Assembly (NCBI RefSeq): GCF_001194135.2
Contig: NC_068987.1
Location: 43,549,034 to 43,613,033 of the forward strand
DNA: 64,000 nucleotides
Direction of reading: 5' to 3'
Source: Octopus bimaculoides
Taxonomy: Eukaryota
Shown here piece after piece: positions 51,274 through 62,679 of the stretch. Below the pieces are notes generated by a model. The model was not told the DNA's origin and ran no database searches. It saw only the letters and a program-made list of their open reading frames with translations. The position numbers and the translations under genes are program-made. Within the stretch, counting starts at the first letter, position 1, and the number at the start of each line of letters is the position of its first letter.

Positions 51274-51739
51274 GCACACAATTTATATATTTTTATACAC
51301 ACCATCGGAAGCCTCGCTGTGAATAATAAACAAAATGGTTTCATGGTAGGCTATGGGAAGGGGTAAGGGATTCGAACGTTTTAATTGAGATCATCGTTGC
51401 AATTGATGTGCGAATATCTGTTATAATGTGTTTGAAATATATAAACAAGCAAGGGACATAACTTCAGTGATATTAAGGGAGGGAAATGTTTGGCAAACGA
51501 GACTGGGTCTTGCAGATAGGAGTAGATCTGGATCTTTCAACAGGTGGAAACTATGGATATAATTCGGTCTTAGATCTCCATCCTCAAAGATGTTTATTCT
51601 ATCTATTTGCTCAAAAGTGTGTAGCGATTTTAAAAATTCTCCATGAAGGATGTACATAGACTAAGACAACACAATGAAATCGAATGATTTGACACTTAAA
51701 ATGCGGATGGGGGTCATTTAAAAAATTTTCTGAATTTAT

Positions 51740-52870
51740 AGTGACAGCAAATGTTGGAACACAAACAAAAGACATTACGGATGGAGTGGGGGCGGGTTTA
51801 ATACTGACCTGGGTTATAACCTATGTCGCATTCACGAGGGACATTCTTCCATCTGTTATCAAACACTTCCTTAGTCAGGCATTTTCTTTCCAGCCCTATT
51901 TATCTTTTAAGGTGAAAGATGAAAAAGTTCACCAAATTTGGACCAGAGATAAAGATGCCTGACCTTAACCCTCGTATTCTTGTCTTCCATATCACCTGTC
52001 TCGCAATTGCTACTGCAGAGAGAAAACAATTCTTACCTTCTTTCGTTAAGAAATCCAGCGGGTTAATTTTTACTATAGATTCAGTCGACAGCTGTACTCT
52101 TCCTCCACTTGACAACAGTTGTTCGGCGTAAACCCACACGTCTGAGACCTCCGGGCACTGCACAATATCATGCGGAACGATTTCCATGTCCCACCCACCT
52201 CTTGGACAGGTTGGAGTGTCTAGGCATCTGTGCCTTGAGAGTTTGTCCCGAACAGGTAAGGCTCCACGGTAACATTGCCATGCCAAAGACTTCTGAAAAT
52301 TATCCAGTGTCTTTGGCCCGAATGTACATTGGAACAGACTGGCCTGCTGATTATCATCAAAACCTAGGGTCTCCCCTAATGTATCATCACATTCCACCTC
52401 TACAAACCTTCTATAAAAGACAGCGGTGGAACCACTACCATAGGCCTTGCGATGGAAGAGCCAGAGTGCCTCGTGACATTCCGTATACCACGTACCCAAC
52501 TTCGATCTACGTTAGAACCAGGTTTCCCGTCCACTGAAACTAGTGAACTTGGGAAACGTGTTTTGCCAGCGAAGACCACACCAGTTCACCATCCAGGTAG
52601 AGTTACAGGTGCCTCAGCCTCAGCACATGTCTGCACATCAACAGCCAAGACATCCCTAGCCCACCCTTTAACAGTTGTTGGCAGCAAATAGAGCGTCTCA
52701 CAAGCAGTTTCGAAACCTGCCACAAGAAGTGGAAAAGCTGTCTTTCCAGCTTGATCAACCACAAATCACGGCAAGGAATGACAGTTAGGCGGTAGGTGAT
52801 GACCAATGCGATAAACACATTGGCCACCTCCGCCCTCCCTTTCGGGGATAGTCTCCACCAAGACCAAGTC
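51740..52870 (-). mobile_element. L1/Tx1-type LINE ORF2 3' part
   Basis: LSPKGRAEV...YRL...FLW...KGGLGM; SLAWQCYRGALPV; PTCPR...HDIVQC; VIWKTR. Confidence 0.85.
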
Positions 52871-52874
52871 TTGG

Positions 52875-54615
52875 CTATGTGGGCTATGTGACACAAGAAG
52901 CCAGCGCCATTTTATACGAGATCTCACCAGCAGCCATTACCACATCCGAGAAAAGAGCGAGATCTCGCCTACAACCATGTTGCCATGCGCAAAACCACAG
53001 CAAGACTCTCATTGGCAGCGTCTATTTAAGCAGGTGTATTAAGGCATTCAGTCTCTCTTCTCTTTCTCACTCATAGAGTTCGTATCATGATGGTGTATTT
53101 GTTGATTGTGTGAGGAGTAGTTGACTGTCTTGTGCTGCTTTGGAGCAGTTTTTTGGTTGTGCTTTCTCTCCGCCTTGAGGAGGGTCAGCAATGTCAACAG
53201 TAAGAAATATGTTCTATTCAGACCTTAGTGGTTCTGAATTGTCCTCTTCGACGGAGGAGCTCATACGAGCAGTTGATAGAATGGACAAGTGCTTAAAGAA
53301 GAAAAGTTTTGCGGAAGTGACAGAAGTCACAAAAAAGAGGTGGACCTGACAAACATAGAGAAATACAAGAAAATGGCATGTAGTATAGGTGATGACGTTA
53401 AGTTGTCACCACCGCAGAAAGTATTGGAAGAAATGGATAAGAAAACAGTAATATATAAGGTGTAATCAGTAGAAGAAAGGAAAATTGAAAACATTGTGCT
53501 CCGTCTGGCAAGACATAACATATCTTGCCAGCAGAAGCAGATATGGAACAATTGTGGTTCATTTCAAGTCAGAAGGAACACGCAGTAACCACAGTAAGAT
53601 TGAATAAAGTGGTCTTTCTACCCACTTATCTTGGAAGGACTTCCAGGATTAGGGTGGAGGGAATCCCACTGGAAATAGATGTGGCTTAGGTTGTGGCAGC
53701 TGTTCTTCTAGGAAGTAAAGAAGAAATAGCCGTCCTCCAAGCCAAGAAAACAGAAAATTCAGTATGGAAAGGCCAAACATTGGACCTGATCATACAGGGC
53801 ACTGCAGAAACACTGGAAAATGTGCTGGAAACGGTGACCATTGGAGATGCAGTGTTGAGAGTGTGGNNNNNNNNNNGGGGGGGGGGTGCAGAATCACTCA
53901 TCGCTTTAAATGTGGCCAAAAAGGTCACATTAGAGCACACTGCTCTCTGCAGAAGCTGAGAAATCAGGAGGAAGTTGGAAAGAATCTGTAGAAGGTGCAA
54001 CAGGAAGAAAAGAGAAACGAAGAACAGTGGATGGTGGCTGAAGGAAGAAGAAAGGACAGAGTGAAGTACCCTCCCACCACAGATACCAAACCCACTCATT
54101 CCCCTCCTACACAAAGCAAGAGAAAAAATAAATCTGAAAATTGTTTCGCGTGTATGATGATTAAAGGTGTGGACAAGGAACTGCTCAATAAAATAACAAA
54201 ATGGAAGACTGCAAGATTTGTCTATGTCAAAGGATGGACAAACATTGATGGATGGCACTCATGTGTTCTGGTGTCCGAAAGCCAAAAAGATGAAATATTG
54301 AAATTCGAGAGGGATTATAAGTGTTGGAAGGTGAACTGTGATTTAAAGATGCTACCAGACAATATAATGCATGAGGAACTGACCGAGAAATATGGTATAA
54401 ACATTTTAAAGGACTCGGAATTTAAAAGATAGAAGCAAGTGATGCTGCTTGAGGTGGGGCAAGTAGCTCATTTTCATTATCATTTTCATTGTATCATTCA
54501 TGTATGTCATACATTTAAATTTTTTATTTTTTCATTTTTATTTATTTTTTTCGTTTTTATGTCCCCACGTTTGTATTGTCTCCTCTTTGTTTGCCCCTTG
54601 TGGGTAATAAGAAAT
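52875..54615 (+). mobile_element. ORF1-only non-autonomous retroelement (L1/Tx1-like ORF1 with a degenerate zinc knuckle)
   Basis: broken ORF from ATG 53281 to TAG 54432; RIRVEGIP and (C>R)FKCGQKGHIRAHC; then a T-rich UTR and ttgtttgccccttgtgggtaataagaaa end, with no RT. Confidence 0.6.
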
Positions 54616-55759
54616 ATACCTTAATCGTACATCTACAAGAATTCCTGTGCAAATATGCCTCTACACACATATGAATAAATATACACACACTCGCCTCCTT
54701 ATTGGATTATATTGTGTAAATGTTTTGTACACTTATGAATACCCGTCTACTTGTATTTTTTCTTATATTCTTACTGGCACTACAGCCCTACAGCTGGAAT
54801 ACCACTATGACCTTACTACCATTACATACCCTTCTCACATAATACTAAGCTAGATTATTACCGCTAAAATATTTTTTTAATATATATACTAAAACACACC
54901 TACTGTATAACCTAACACATCAATATCATAAGCTTTAATTTTTTTTTTTTTGCTCTTCCTCCACTCATTTATCTCCCCTACATTCATTTATTTATTTTTT
55001 AAGTATACCTATCTTTATTTCCAATTGTAATTTCTCTTGTTTATCTTTATAGATACAGCAAGTACATACTACTTTAATTGTAATATTAACAACTGTCTTT
55101 CTGTTTTTACTTACTTTTTTCTGCTTCATCATTAATATGAGTCCCTTATATACATCATATTCTATCTCTAACTCATTCTTATCCCTCTATTTCTCCTACC
55201 ATTTGTTTATGGTAACTATCTAGTATTGACTTCACGCTAAACTTCATTATGTATAGAAATTTTTAAAAAGATACATTATACTACATAATAATTTCAATGG
55301 TTAGCTCATCTTTTAATTCAAACCTAGCAGTGTCTTTCCATTGGACATCTCTAATACATATTTGCCCTACGCTAGTTATTTGGAGTTTGAATCTCTAATT
55401 TCCATACTCATCTATAGAAGAAACGTCTGTGATACCTCTTTACTTATATCTTCAAATATCCATTGAAGCCGTTAGTTATGGTTGTATGATATAGCTGACA
55501 TGACTCATATCTCTTTCTCACACGGATAAAAATATGGAATCTCCTAGATTGAATTTTTCTGCTATATTCCTTCTCAAGTTCTTAGTATTATGGTTTCTAT
55601 TTCCTGTACTGAAGAGTACCTTGATATTTAATTAATTTAATTTAATCAATCATGAATTTACATTATTATTATGTCTCTGTACAAAACAATTGCCTGCAAG
55701 AATTAAACTTCTTATATATTTTAACAACTTGTCTCCTCCATTTTTAACAAAATTGATGA

Positions 55760-57440
55760 GTTTTATAGGACTTCGTACACATGCGTCATACAGTCTGCCT
55801 TTTACTCTGAGTGAGAGGCCCTTTGTTGCCAGCAGAGGTAAGAGCTCTCTGAACTTTGCCCAGGCTATTCTTATTCTAGCAGCTACACTTTCAGCGCACC
55901 CACCCCCACTACTAACTTGGTCACCCAGATAGCAGAAGTTATCAACTACGTCTAAGTTTTTCTCCCTGGAATGTGACAGAAATTGTTTTCTGTACATTTT
56001 CAGTGTTTCTTGATCCTGAACATCTGCCACATACAAAAACTATCTTCCTAGTTAGCCTTCCTTTGATATTGCTGCACCTCTTATGTGTCCATAGCTTGCA
56101 TTGGGTGCATCTTATAGAGTTTCTACCTACATCTTTTCTACAGATTGAGCANNNNNNNNNNNNNNNNNNNNNNNNNNNNNNNNNNNNNNNNNNNNNNNNN
56201 NNNNNNNNNNNNNNNNNNNNNNNNNNNNNNNNNNNNNNNNNNNNNNNNNNNNNNNNNNNNNNNNNNNNNNNNNNNNNNNNNNNNNNNNNNNNNNNNNNNN
56301 NNNNNNNNNNNNNNNNNNNNNNNNNNNNNNNNNNNNNNNNNNNNNNNNNNNNNNNNNNNNNNNNNNNNNNNNNNNNNNNNNNNNNNNNNNNNNNNNNNNN
56401 NNNNNNNNNNNNNNNNNNNNNNNNNNNNNNNNNNNNNNNNNNNNNNNNNNNNNNNNNNNNNNNNNNNNNNNNNNNNNNNNNNNNNNNNNNNNNNNNNNNN
56501 NNNNNNNNNNNNNNNNNNNNNNNNNNNNNNNNNNNNNNNNNNNNNNNNNNNNNNNNNNNNNNNNNNNNNNNNNNNNNNNNNNNNNNNNNNNNNNNNNNNN
56601 NNNNNNNNNNNNNNNNNNNNNNNNNNNNNNNNNNNNNNNNNNNNNNNNNNNNNNNNNNNNNNNNNNNNNNNNNNNNNNNNNNNNNNNNNNNNNNNNNNNN
56701 NNNNNNNNNNNNNNNNNNNNNNNNNNNNNNNNNNNNNNNNNNNNNNNNNNNNNNNNNNNNNNNNNNNNNNNNNNNNNNNNNNNNNNNNNNNNNNNNNNNN
56801 NNNNNNNNNNNNNNNNNNNNNNNNNNNNNNNNNNNNNNNNNNNNNNNNNNNNNNNNNGTCACCTTTACCTTTGTAGCAGTTGACTATGGTGCTGCTACAC
56901 CATTCATTGGGTATGACTCCTTCGTGTATCACCTGGTTAACAATACAGGTGACTAGGCCATAGCCGACACTGCCAGATATTTTGAGCATCTCTGCAGTGA
57001 TTCCTGATGGGCCGGGGGCTATTCCTGTCTTCATACTCTTGATCGCTTTATCTACCATGGTACTGTCAATTAGGATAGCTGGTCCCTGTGTTGGGTCGAC
57101 ATGCGGCAGACTCTCTTCCTCCCATTCATTCTCTTTATTAAGCAGCCTTTCATAGTGGCATCTCCAGACCTTTCTCTTTGCAGCCTTGTTTAGTGCAAGT
57201 GAGCCATCATCCATGCGGACACATTTCTCACCTATGACATCACGATTCTCTCTCACACACTGTCTTGCAACATGAATACTTCAAGTCTTTGGTCCTCATG
57301 ACGCAGAACATTGGCAAATTTTTTCTTATCTGCTTCCCCTCTGGCTAAGTAAACCTGTCTCCTAGCTTCCCTTCTGGCAGTCTGATACAGTTCCCTGCTA
57401 TCTCCGTTCTTCCAGTCAGCCCTGTCAACCACATTGTTCN
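55760..57440 (-). mobile_element. RTE LINE ORF2 fragment with an embedded PHD finger, spanning gaps
   Basis: WRCHYERLLN, MKTGIAPGPSGITAEMLK, WCSSTIVNCYKGKGD, VVDNFCYLGD, AWAKFRELLPLL; same-family piece at 36560-36613 (+). Confidence 0.85.
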
Positions 57441-58199
57441 NNNNNNNNNNNNNNNNNNNNNNNNNNNNNNNNNNNNNNNNNNNNNNNNNNNNNNNNNNNN
57501 NNNNNNNNNNNNNNNNNNNNNNNNNNNNNNNNNNNNNNNNNNNNNNNNNNNNNNNNNNNNNNNNNNNNNNNNNNNNNNNNNNNNNNNNNNNNNNNNNNNN
57601 NNNNNNNNNNNNNNNNNNNNNNNNNNNNNNNNNNNNNNNNNNNNNNNNNNNNNNNNNNNNNNNNNNNNNNNNNNNNNNNNNNNNNNNNNNNNNNNNNNNN
57701 NNNNNNNNNNNNNNNNNNNNNNNNNNNNNNNNNNNNNNNNNNNNNNNNNNNNNNNNNNNNNNNNNNNNNNNNNNNNNNNNNNNNNNNNNNNNNNNNNNNN
57801 NNNNNNNNNNNNNNNNNNNNNNNNNNNNNNNNNNNNNNNNNNNNNNNNNNNNNNNNNNNNNNNNNNNNNNNNNNNNNNNNNNNNNNNNNNNNNNNNNNNN
57901 NNNNNNNNNNNNNNNNNNNNNNNNNNNNNNNNNNNNNNNNNNNNNNNNNNNNNNNNNNNNNNNNNNNNNNNNNNNNNNNNNNNNNNNNNNNNNNNNNNNN
58001 NNNNNNNNNNNNNNNNNNNNNNNNNNNNNNNNNNNNNNNNNNNNNNNNNNNNNNNNNNNNNNNNNNNNNNNNNNNNNNNNNNNNNNNNNNNNNNNNNNNN
58101 NNNNNNNNNNNNNNNNGTTTCAAAGATATCACTGGCATTATTCCAATGGAATAAAATGGTGTAAAACAATGTAATCTTCTCTTCAAGGAAATGAAGAAA

Positions 58200-59335
58200 T
58201 GAAACTCGTCAATAAGACATTTTAACAGAAAATGATGGATATGTATAGTGATTAACTGAATGCTATTAAGTTTGTTTTAAAAAACCGTTAGAGGATATAA
58301 CGTCAAAGGTAGCCTATAGAAAGAGGAGGGGTAAAGGAAAGAAAAAAACCCAAATAAATGAGAAGTATATAACGATATGTATATTAAATAAAATCCTATA
58401 GTCTTGGAAAAAGATATATCTAGTGAATGTGAAATGTAAGAAGAAAATTTATGTTTAAATTATATATAATGATAGATATCATTTATATGAACTAAAGGTG
58501 TGTTTCTGCCAATGTTTACATCTGTATGCATGCTCTATAACCATGTTTACAAGGGGATTTTTAGAAAAAGGAATAAAAAATAGTTCAGAATTACAGAGAA
58601 GATAGAATTCCTTGCCTTTATCAAAAGGTATCGAAATTGAGAGAACCAACCAATCTAAATTAAATTGTTTATTGTGGTCTTTTAGATACCAAATTAATTT
58701 ATTAAGCCCTGTGTTGTTATGTTTATTCCTCTCCCTAAATGTAAACTGAGATGATCTACCTATATAAAAAATACTTCATTACCAGAAGTAATTTTACACT
58801 GGTATATAGAATTTTTAATTTTAGAGTTACTTGACATAAACTTGATTCTGTTGTAATTGACTTCAGATACAATAACCTTGCTATTAATATTTCTAGGGGG
58901 ATGGATGGTATTAGCTAAATTAATGTTAGTATTAGTAAATTTATCACTGTTTAACAGGCTAATATTATGTGAAGTGACAATTTATAAGACATTTTTTTGT
59001 GTTGGAAAAGCCAATCCTAACCATGTGTGAGTTGATAATAGAGTAATACCTAGAATTCTTTGGAAAATTCCTAATAGCTTCACGAAACTGCAAAGGAAGA
59101 TTAGATTTAATTTGCCTCCCAAAAGGAATAATTAACCAATTGGTTTTACTATTAGTTACCTTCTTGTCAGTGAAACTATCTTTGAAAGACATAGATTTAC
59201 CTTTGGAATGAAAATAGGGGATTAAATAAGGGTTATCTCCCTTCCTCTGGTGTTGGCGTATAAATTAAAATTGATATCGTTTATATCCTTAAAACTAGAT
59301 TTCATATCTCCATTAGTAAATGTAGAATAAGATTG
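58200..59335 (-). mobile_element. Penelope-like element, C-terminal half (GIY-YIG endonuclease)
   Basis: NFPKNSRYYSIINSHMVRIGFS..SHN; IYQCKITS..FYIGRSS; LNKLIWYLKD; LCNSELFFI; RCKH. Confidence 0.7.
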
Positions 59336-59339
59336 AATG

Positions 59340-59590
59340 GAATATACCCATTTCCCCAAAGAATGCTTTCCTTAAGCAACTCATTAATAAGACAAATTCC
59401 TTTATCAACCATATCAGATGGCTCACCTTTTTCTTTGACAACAAGGACACTCAACAACACACTAATGATATAACCTCTGAATTTAACAAATTATTTAAAT
59501 CTGAAAATAGTCCTCCACCATTGAAGCAGTTTGAGGATGATCTTTGGTCCATTGTGAGAAATGTAAAATTTCACCGATCACTGCTAAGAA
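59340..59590 (+). mobile_element. Penelope-like N-terminal fragment in inverted orientation
   Basis: NIPISPKNAFLKQLINKTNSFINHIRWLTFFF...FKSENSPPPLKQFEDDLWSIVRNVKF. Confidence 0.7.
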
Positions 59591-59624
59591 AGAAACATCT
59601 GAGATATTTTCAAGGTATTCATCT

Positions 59625-60005
59625 GAGGTAGTTTCAAAGTGAAGAAGTCTGAAATGTCAGTTTCGACCTCATCCTGTCCCCCAAATGATTCTCTAAACTA
59701 CAAAACAAATGGTAGTCTGAAGGAGCAAGGTTGGGAGAATAAGGTGGATGAGGAATTTTTTCCCAACCAAGCTCTTCGATCTTCTGTGATGTGATCTTTG
59801 CAGTGTGCGGTCGTGCATTGTCCTGATGAAACATCACTCCTTTTCGATTCACTAAAGCGGGTCTTTTTTTCTTCAAAGATTGGTTCAAACACTCTAATTG
59901 CTGACAGTAGACTTGAGCATTGATTGTTGCATTAGGTGGTAACAATTCAAAGTGAATTACTCCTTTGTAATCCCACCAGATAGAGAGCAGAACCTTTTTC
60001 CCATG
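59625..60005 (-). mobile_element. mariner transposase C-terminus, DD34D
   Basis: FHQDNARPH...HPPYSPNLAPSDYHLF; 34 residues counted between D2 and D3. Confidence 0.9.
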
Positions 60006-60119
60006 ANNNNNNNNNNTATGACATTTAACATGTTTATTTTTATGTTTTTTGATTTATTATTCATGTTGCTTTATATGTTTTACTAAAATTGCTGTTTCTT
60101 TTCAGATATCATCAGAAAA

Positions 60120-61216
60120 AGGTAATTAAAATTCATTAAAATGACAAATCTATTGAACTTTCAGAGAGGTCAAATTGTTGGTGCTTGTATGGCAGGCACT
60201 AGCGTAATGAAAACAGCCAAAATGTTTGGTGTATCAAGAAGTACTGTCTCGAAAGTAATGACAGCCTTTGAGAAAGAGGGAAAAAACCTCCTCGTTGAAA
60301 CAAAACTCCGGAAGAAAACCAAAACTTTCAGATAGGGACCGTCAGACTCTTACTCGAATTGTTAGAAAGGATCACAAAAGTACAGCTCCCAAAATTACTG
60401 CAGAGCTTAATGACCACCTCAAGAACCCAGTTTCCACAAAACTGTTCATTGGGAGCTGTACAAAGCTAGATTTCACAGAAGGGCTGCAATCAGGAAAACC
60501 ACTACTTTCAAAAACAAGCATCGCAAAGCGTTTAGAGTGGAGTAAAAACCTACAGAATTGGTCCCTAGAGCAATGGAAGAATGATATTTTCTCGGATAGG
60601 TCATCTTTTACCTTATTTCCGACCACTGGCTGAGCATATGTGTGGAGACAGCCAAAAGAAGCATTTGACCCAGACTACTTTCTCCCAACATGGAAGAGGA
60701 TCTGAGATGATCTGGGGTGGGGGGGTATATCTTGGAAATCCGCTTGCCCAATGGTCTCCCTTCATAGAATTAATAGTCAAGACTATTTAAGCATTTTATC
60801 TGATCAATCCTACGGTTGTGGAACTGTTTCCAGAGGGAAACGCAATCTTTCAGGGTGATAATGCACAAATTCACACAGCTAAAGTTCTTAGTGAATGACA
60901 CGAGGAACATTCTAGTGAAGTTGAACATATTATCTGGCCACCACAGTTCCCAGATCTCAATATTATTGAACATTCATTGTGCATTTTAGAAAAACAAGTA
61001 AGGAGTCAATATCCTCCACCATCAACACTACAAGAACTGGAGAATGTTTTAGCTGAAGAATGGATAAAAATTCCTTTGCAAACAATTCAAACTTTGTATG
61101 GGTCCATACCTCGTCGAATTCAAGCTGTAATTACTGCCAAAGGCTGTCCTACCGCATATTAAAATAAATTTGTTTGAAATGTTCAGATGTTTTCATTATT
61201 TTGCCCAACCCCTGTA
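60120..61216 (+). mobile_element. Tc1-like transposon with DD36E spacing; 3' TIR intact
   Basis: paired-like N-terminus, GRKPKLSDRD, FSD, QGDNAQIH...WPPQFPDLNIIE; ends ttttgcccaacccctg+TA. Confidence 0.9.
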
Positions 61217-61226
61217 TATATATATA

Positions 61227-61273
<47 letters not shown>

Positions 61274-61481
61274 ATGAGAGATATTGGTATCCAGAAGACC
61301 CAAGGTGGCAGGTAACGCTACATAAGTGTTATGGAAGGACCATAGTTAAACTCTTGGTTCAATAATGATATGAGTGAGGAGTCTAATGTGGGTCTTGTAT
61401 GAGCATGCATATGTTAAATAAAATGAGATACCAAAGCCAAGGCTGGGTGGAATTTTCAGGACATTTTTAAAGAGAAAGTTA

Positions 61482-61529
61482 GTCTTACAGCTGTTTCTTG
61501 GATATTAGGGATATCTCTTCATTAGAGAC
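61482..61529 (-). ncRNA. degenerate minimal hammerhead ribozyme (core mutated)
   Basis: GUCU-CUAAUGA-(broken stem II)-GAAA-C[AGCU]G-UA-AGAC. Confidence 0.55.
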
Positions 61530-61600
61530 GATGTGAGATGGTTAAATTGAGGGAAATATTAGAGATCAATATGAGGAGTTATTTTGGAAAAGGAAGCATA

Positions 61601-62340
61601 CAGGGTGTGGTGAACGAACTGTCGTCTAAATTACGCAAAAATGAAAATAACATTGACATCTCACTTTAACAGATGCATTTACCAAAATTACATAAAATTA
61701 TCTTGAATTTATTCATTAAAATCACCATTGACTGCAACCATAGCTTCCAGATGACTTCGGAATCTCCTGCAACTCCTCTGGCTGGTTTCCTTGTTTAAGT
61801 TGGTGAATGCTGCCACAATTCTTGTCTTCAGTTCATCTTTGGTGTTACAAGGAGTTTTGTTGGTCTCTCGCTCAACTATGTCCACACAATAATCAAGGGA
61901 GCTGCAGTCTGGAGAGTTAGGTGGCCAGATGTTAGGAGTGATGTGGTCACAGAAATTGTCTGACAGCCATGACTGGGTTCTCCTGCTTGTGTGGCAAGGT
62001 GCAGAGTCCTGTTGCCAGACACAGGATCTTCCAGGAGCCACTCTCTTGACCCAGGGCAGCACTACCTCCTCCAGGCACTTGATAATGGCCTCTGTGTTTA
62101 ATATGAGGCTGTGTGGGAAGATGAATGGAGGCATAACTTCACTAGTCATAACTTCACTAGTCATCACTCCAACCACCATGATGTTGACTGAATGTTTGGT
62201 TTTTATCACTCTCCGTACATGTTTTGAGGACTCAGATTGACACTCAACACTCAGAACTGTTCGTATTGGAGCTTCCAGAGTAAATACTAAGCAGTTCAGC
62301 ATATCGTCTCCAAGTATCTAGTAGAGTGCTTTGTGTCATC
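61601..62340 (-). mobile_element. maT/DD37D-type transposon fragment
   Basis: WQQDSAPCH...WPPNSPDCSSLDY; 37 residues counted between D and D; TA+CAGGGTG terminus at 61599-61607; in-frame 15-bp tandem duplication (VMTSE twice). Confidence 0.85.
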
Positions 62341-62384
62341 ATGCTGTTTTTCTCACAAACAGTGCCCAACTGACCCTACTATAC

Positions 62385-62435
<51 letters not shown>

Positions 62436-62648
62436 TCTTTTACTCTTAATTGTTTCAGTCATTTGACTGCGGCCATGCTGGAGCACCGCCTTTAGTCGAG
62501 CAAATCGGCCCCAGGACTTATTCTTTGGATGCCTAGTACTTATTCTATCGGTCTCTTATGCCGAACCACTAAGTTACGGGGGACATACACACACCACCAT
62601 TGGTTGTCAAGCGATGTTGGGGGAACAAACACAAACACACAAACATAT

Positions 62649-62679
<31 letters not shown>

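Noticed and set aside
51421-51657. 78-aa minus-strand ORF in non-repetitive sequence
   Set aside because: No recognisable domain and no supporting splice context
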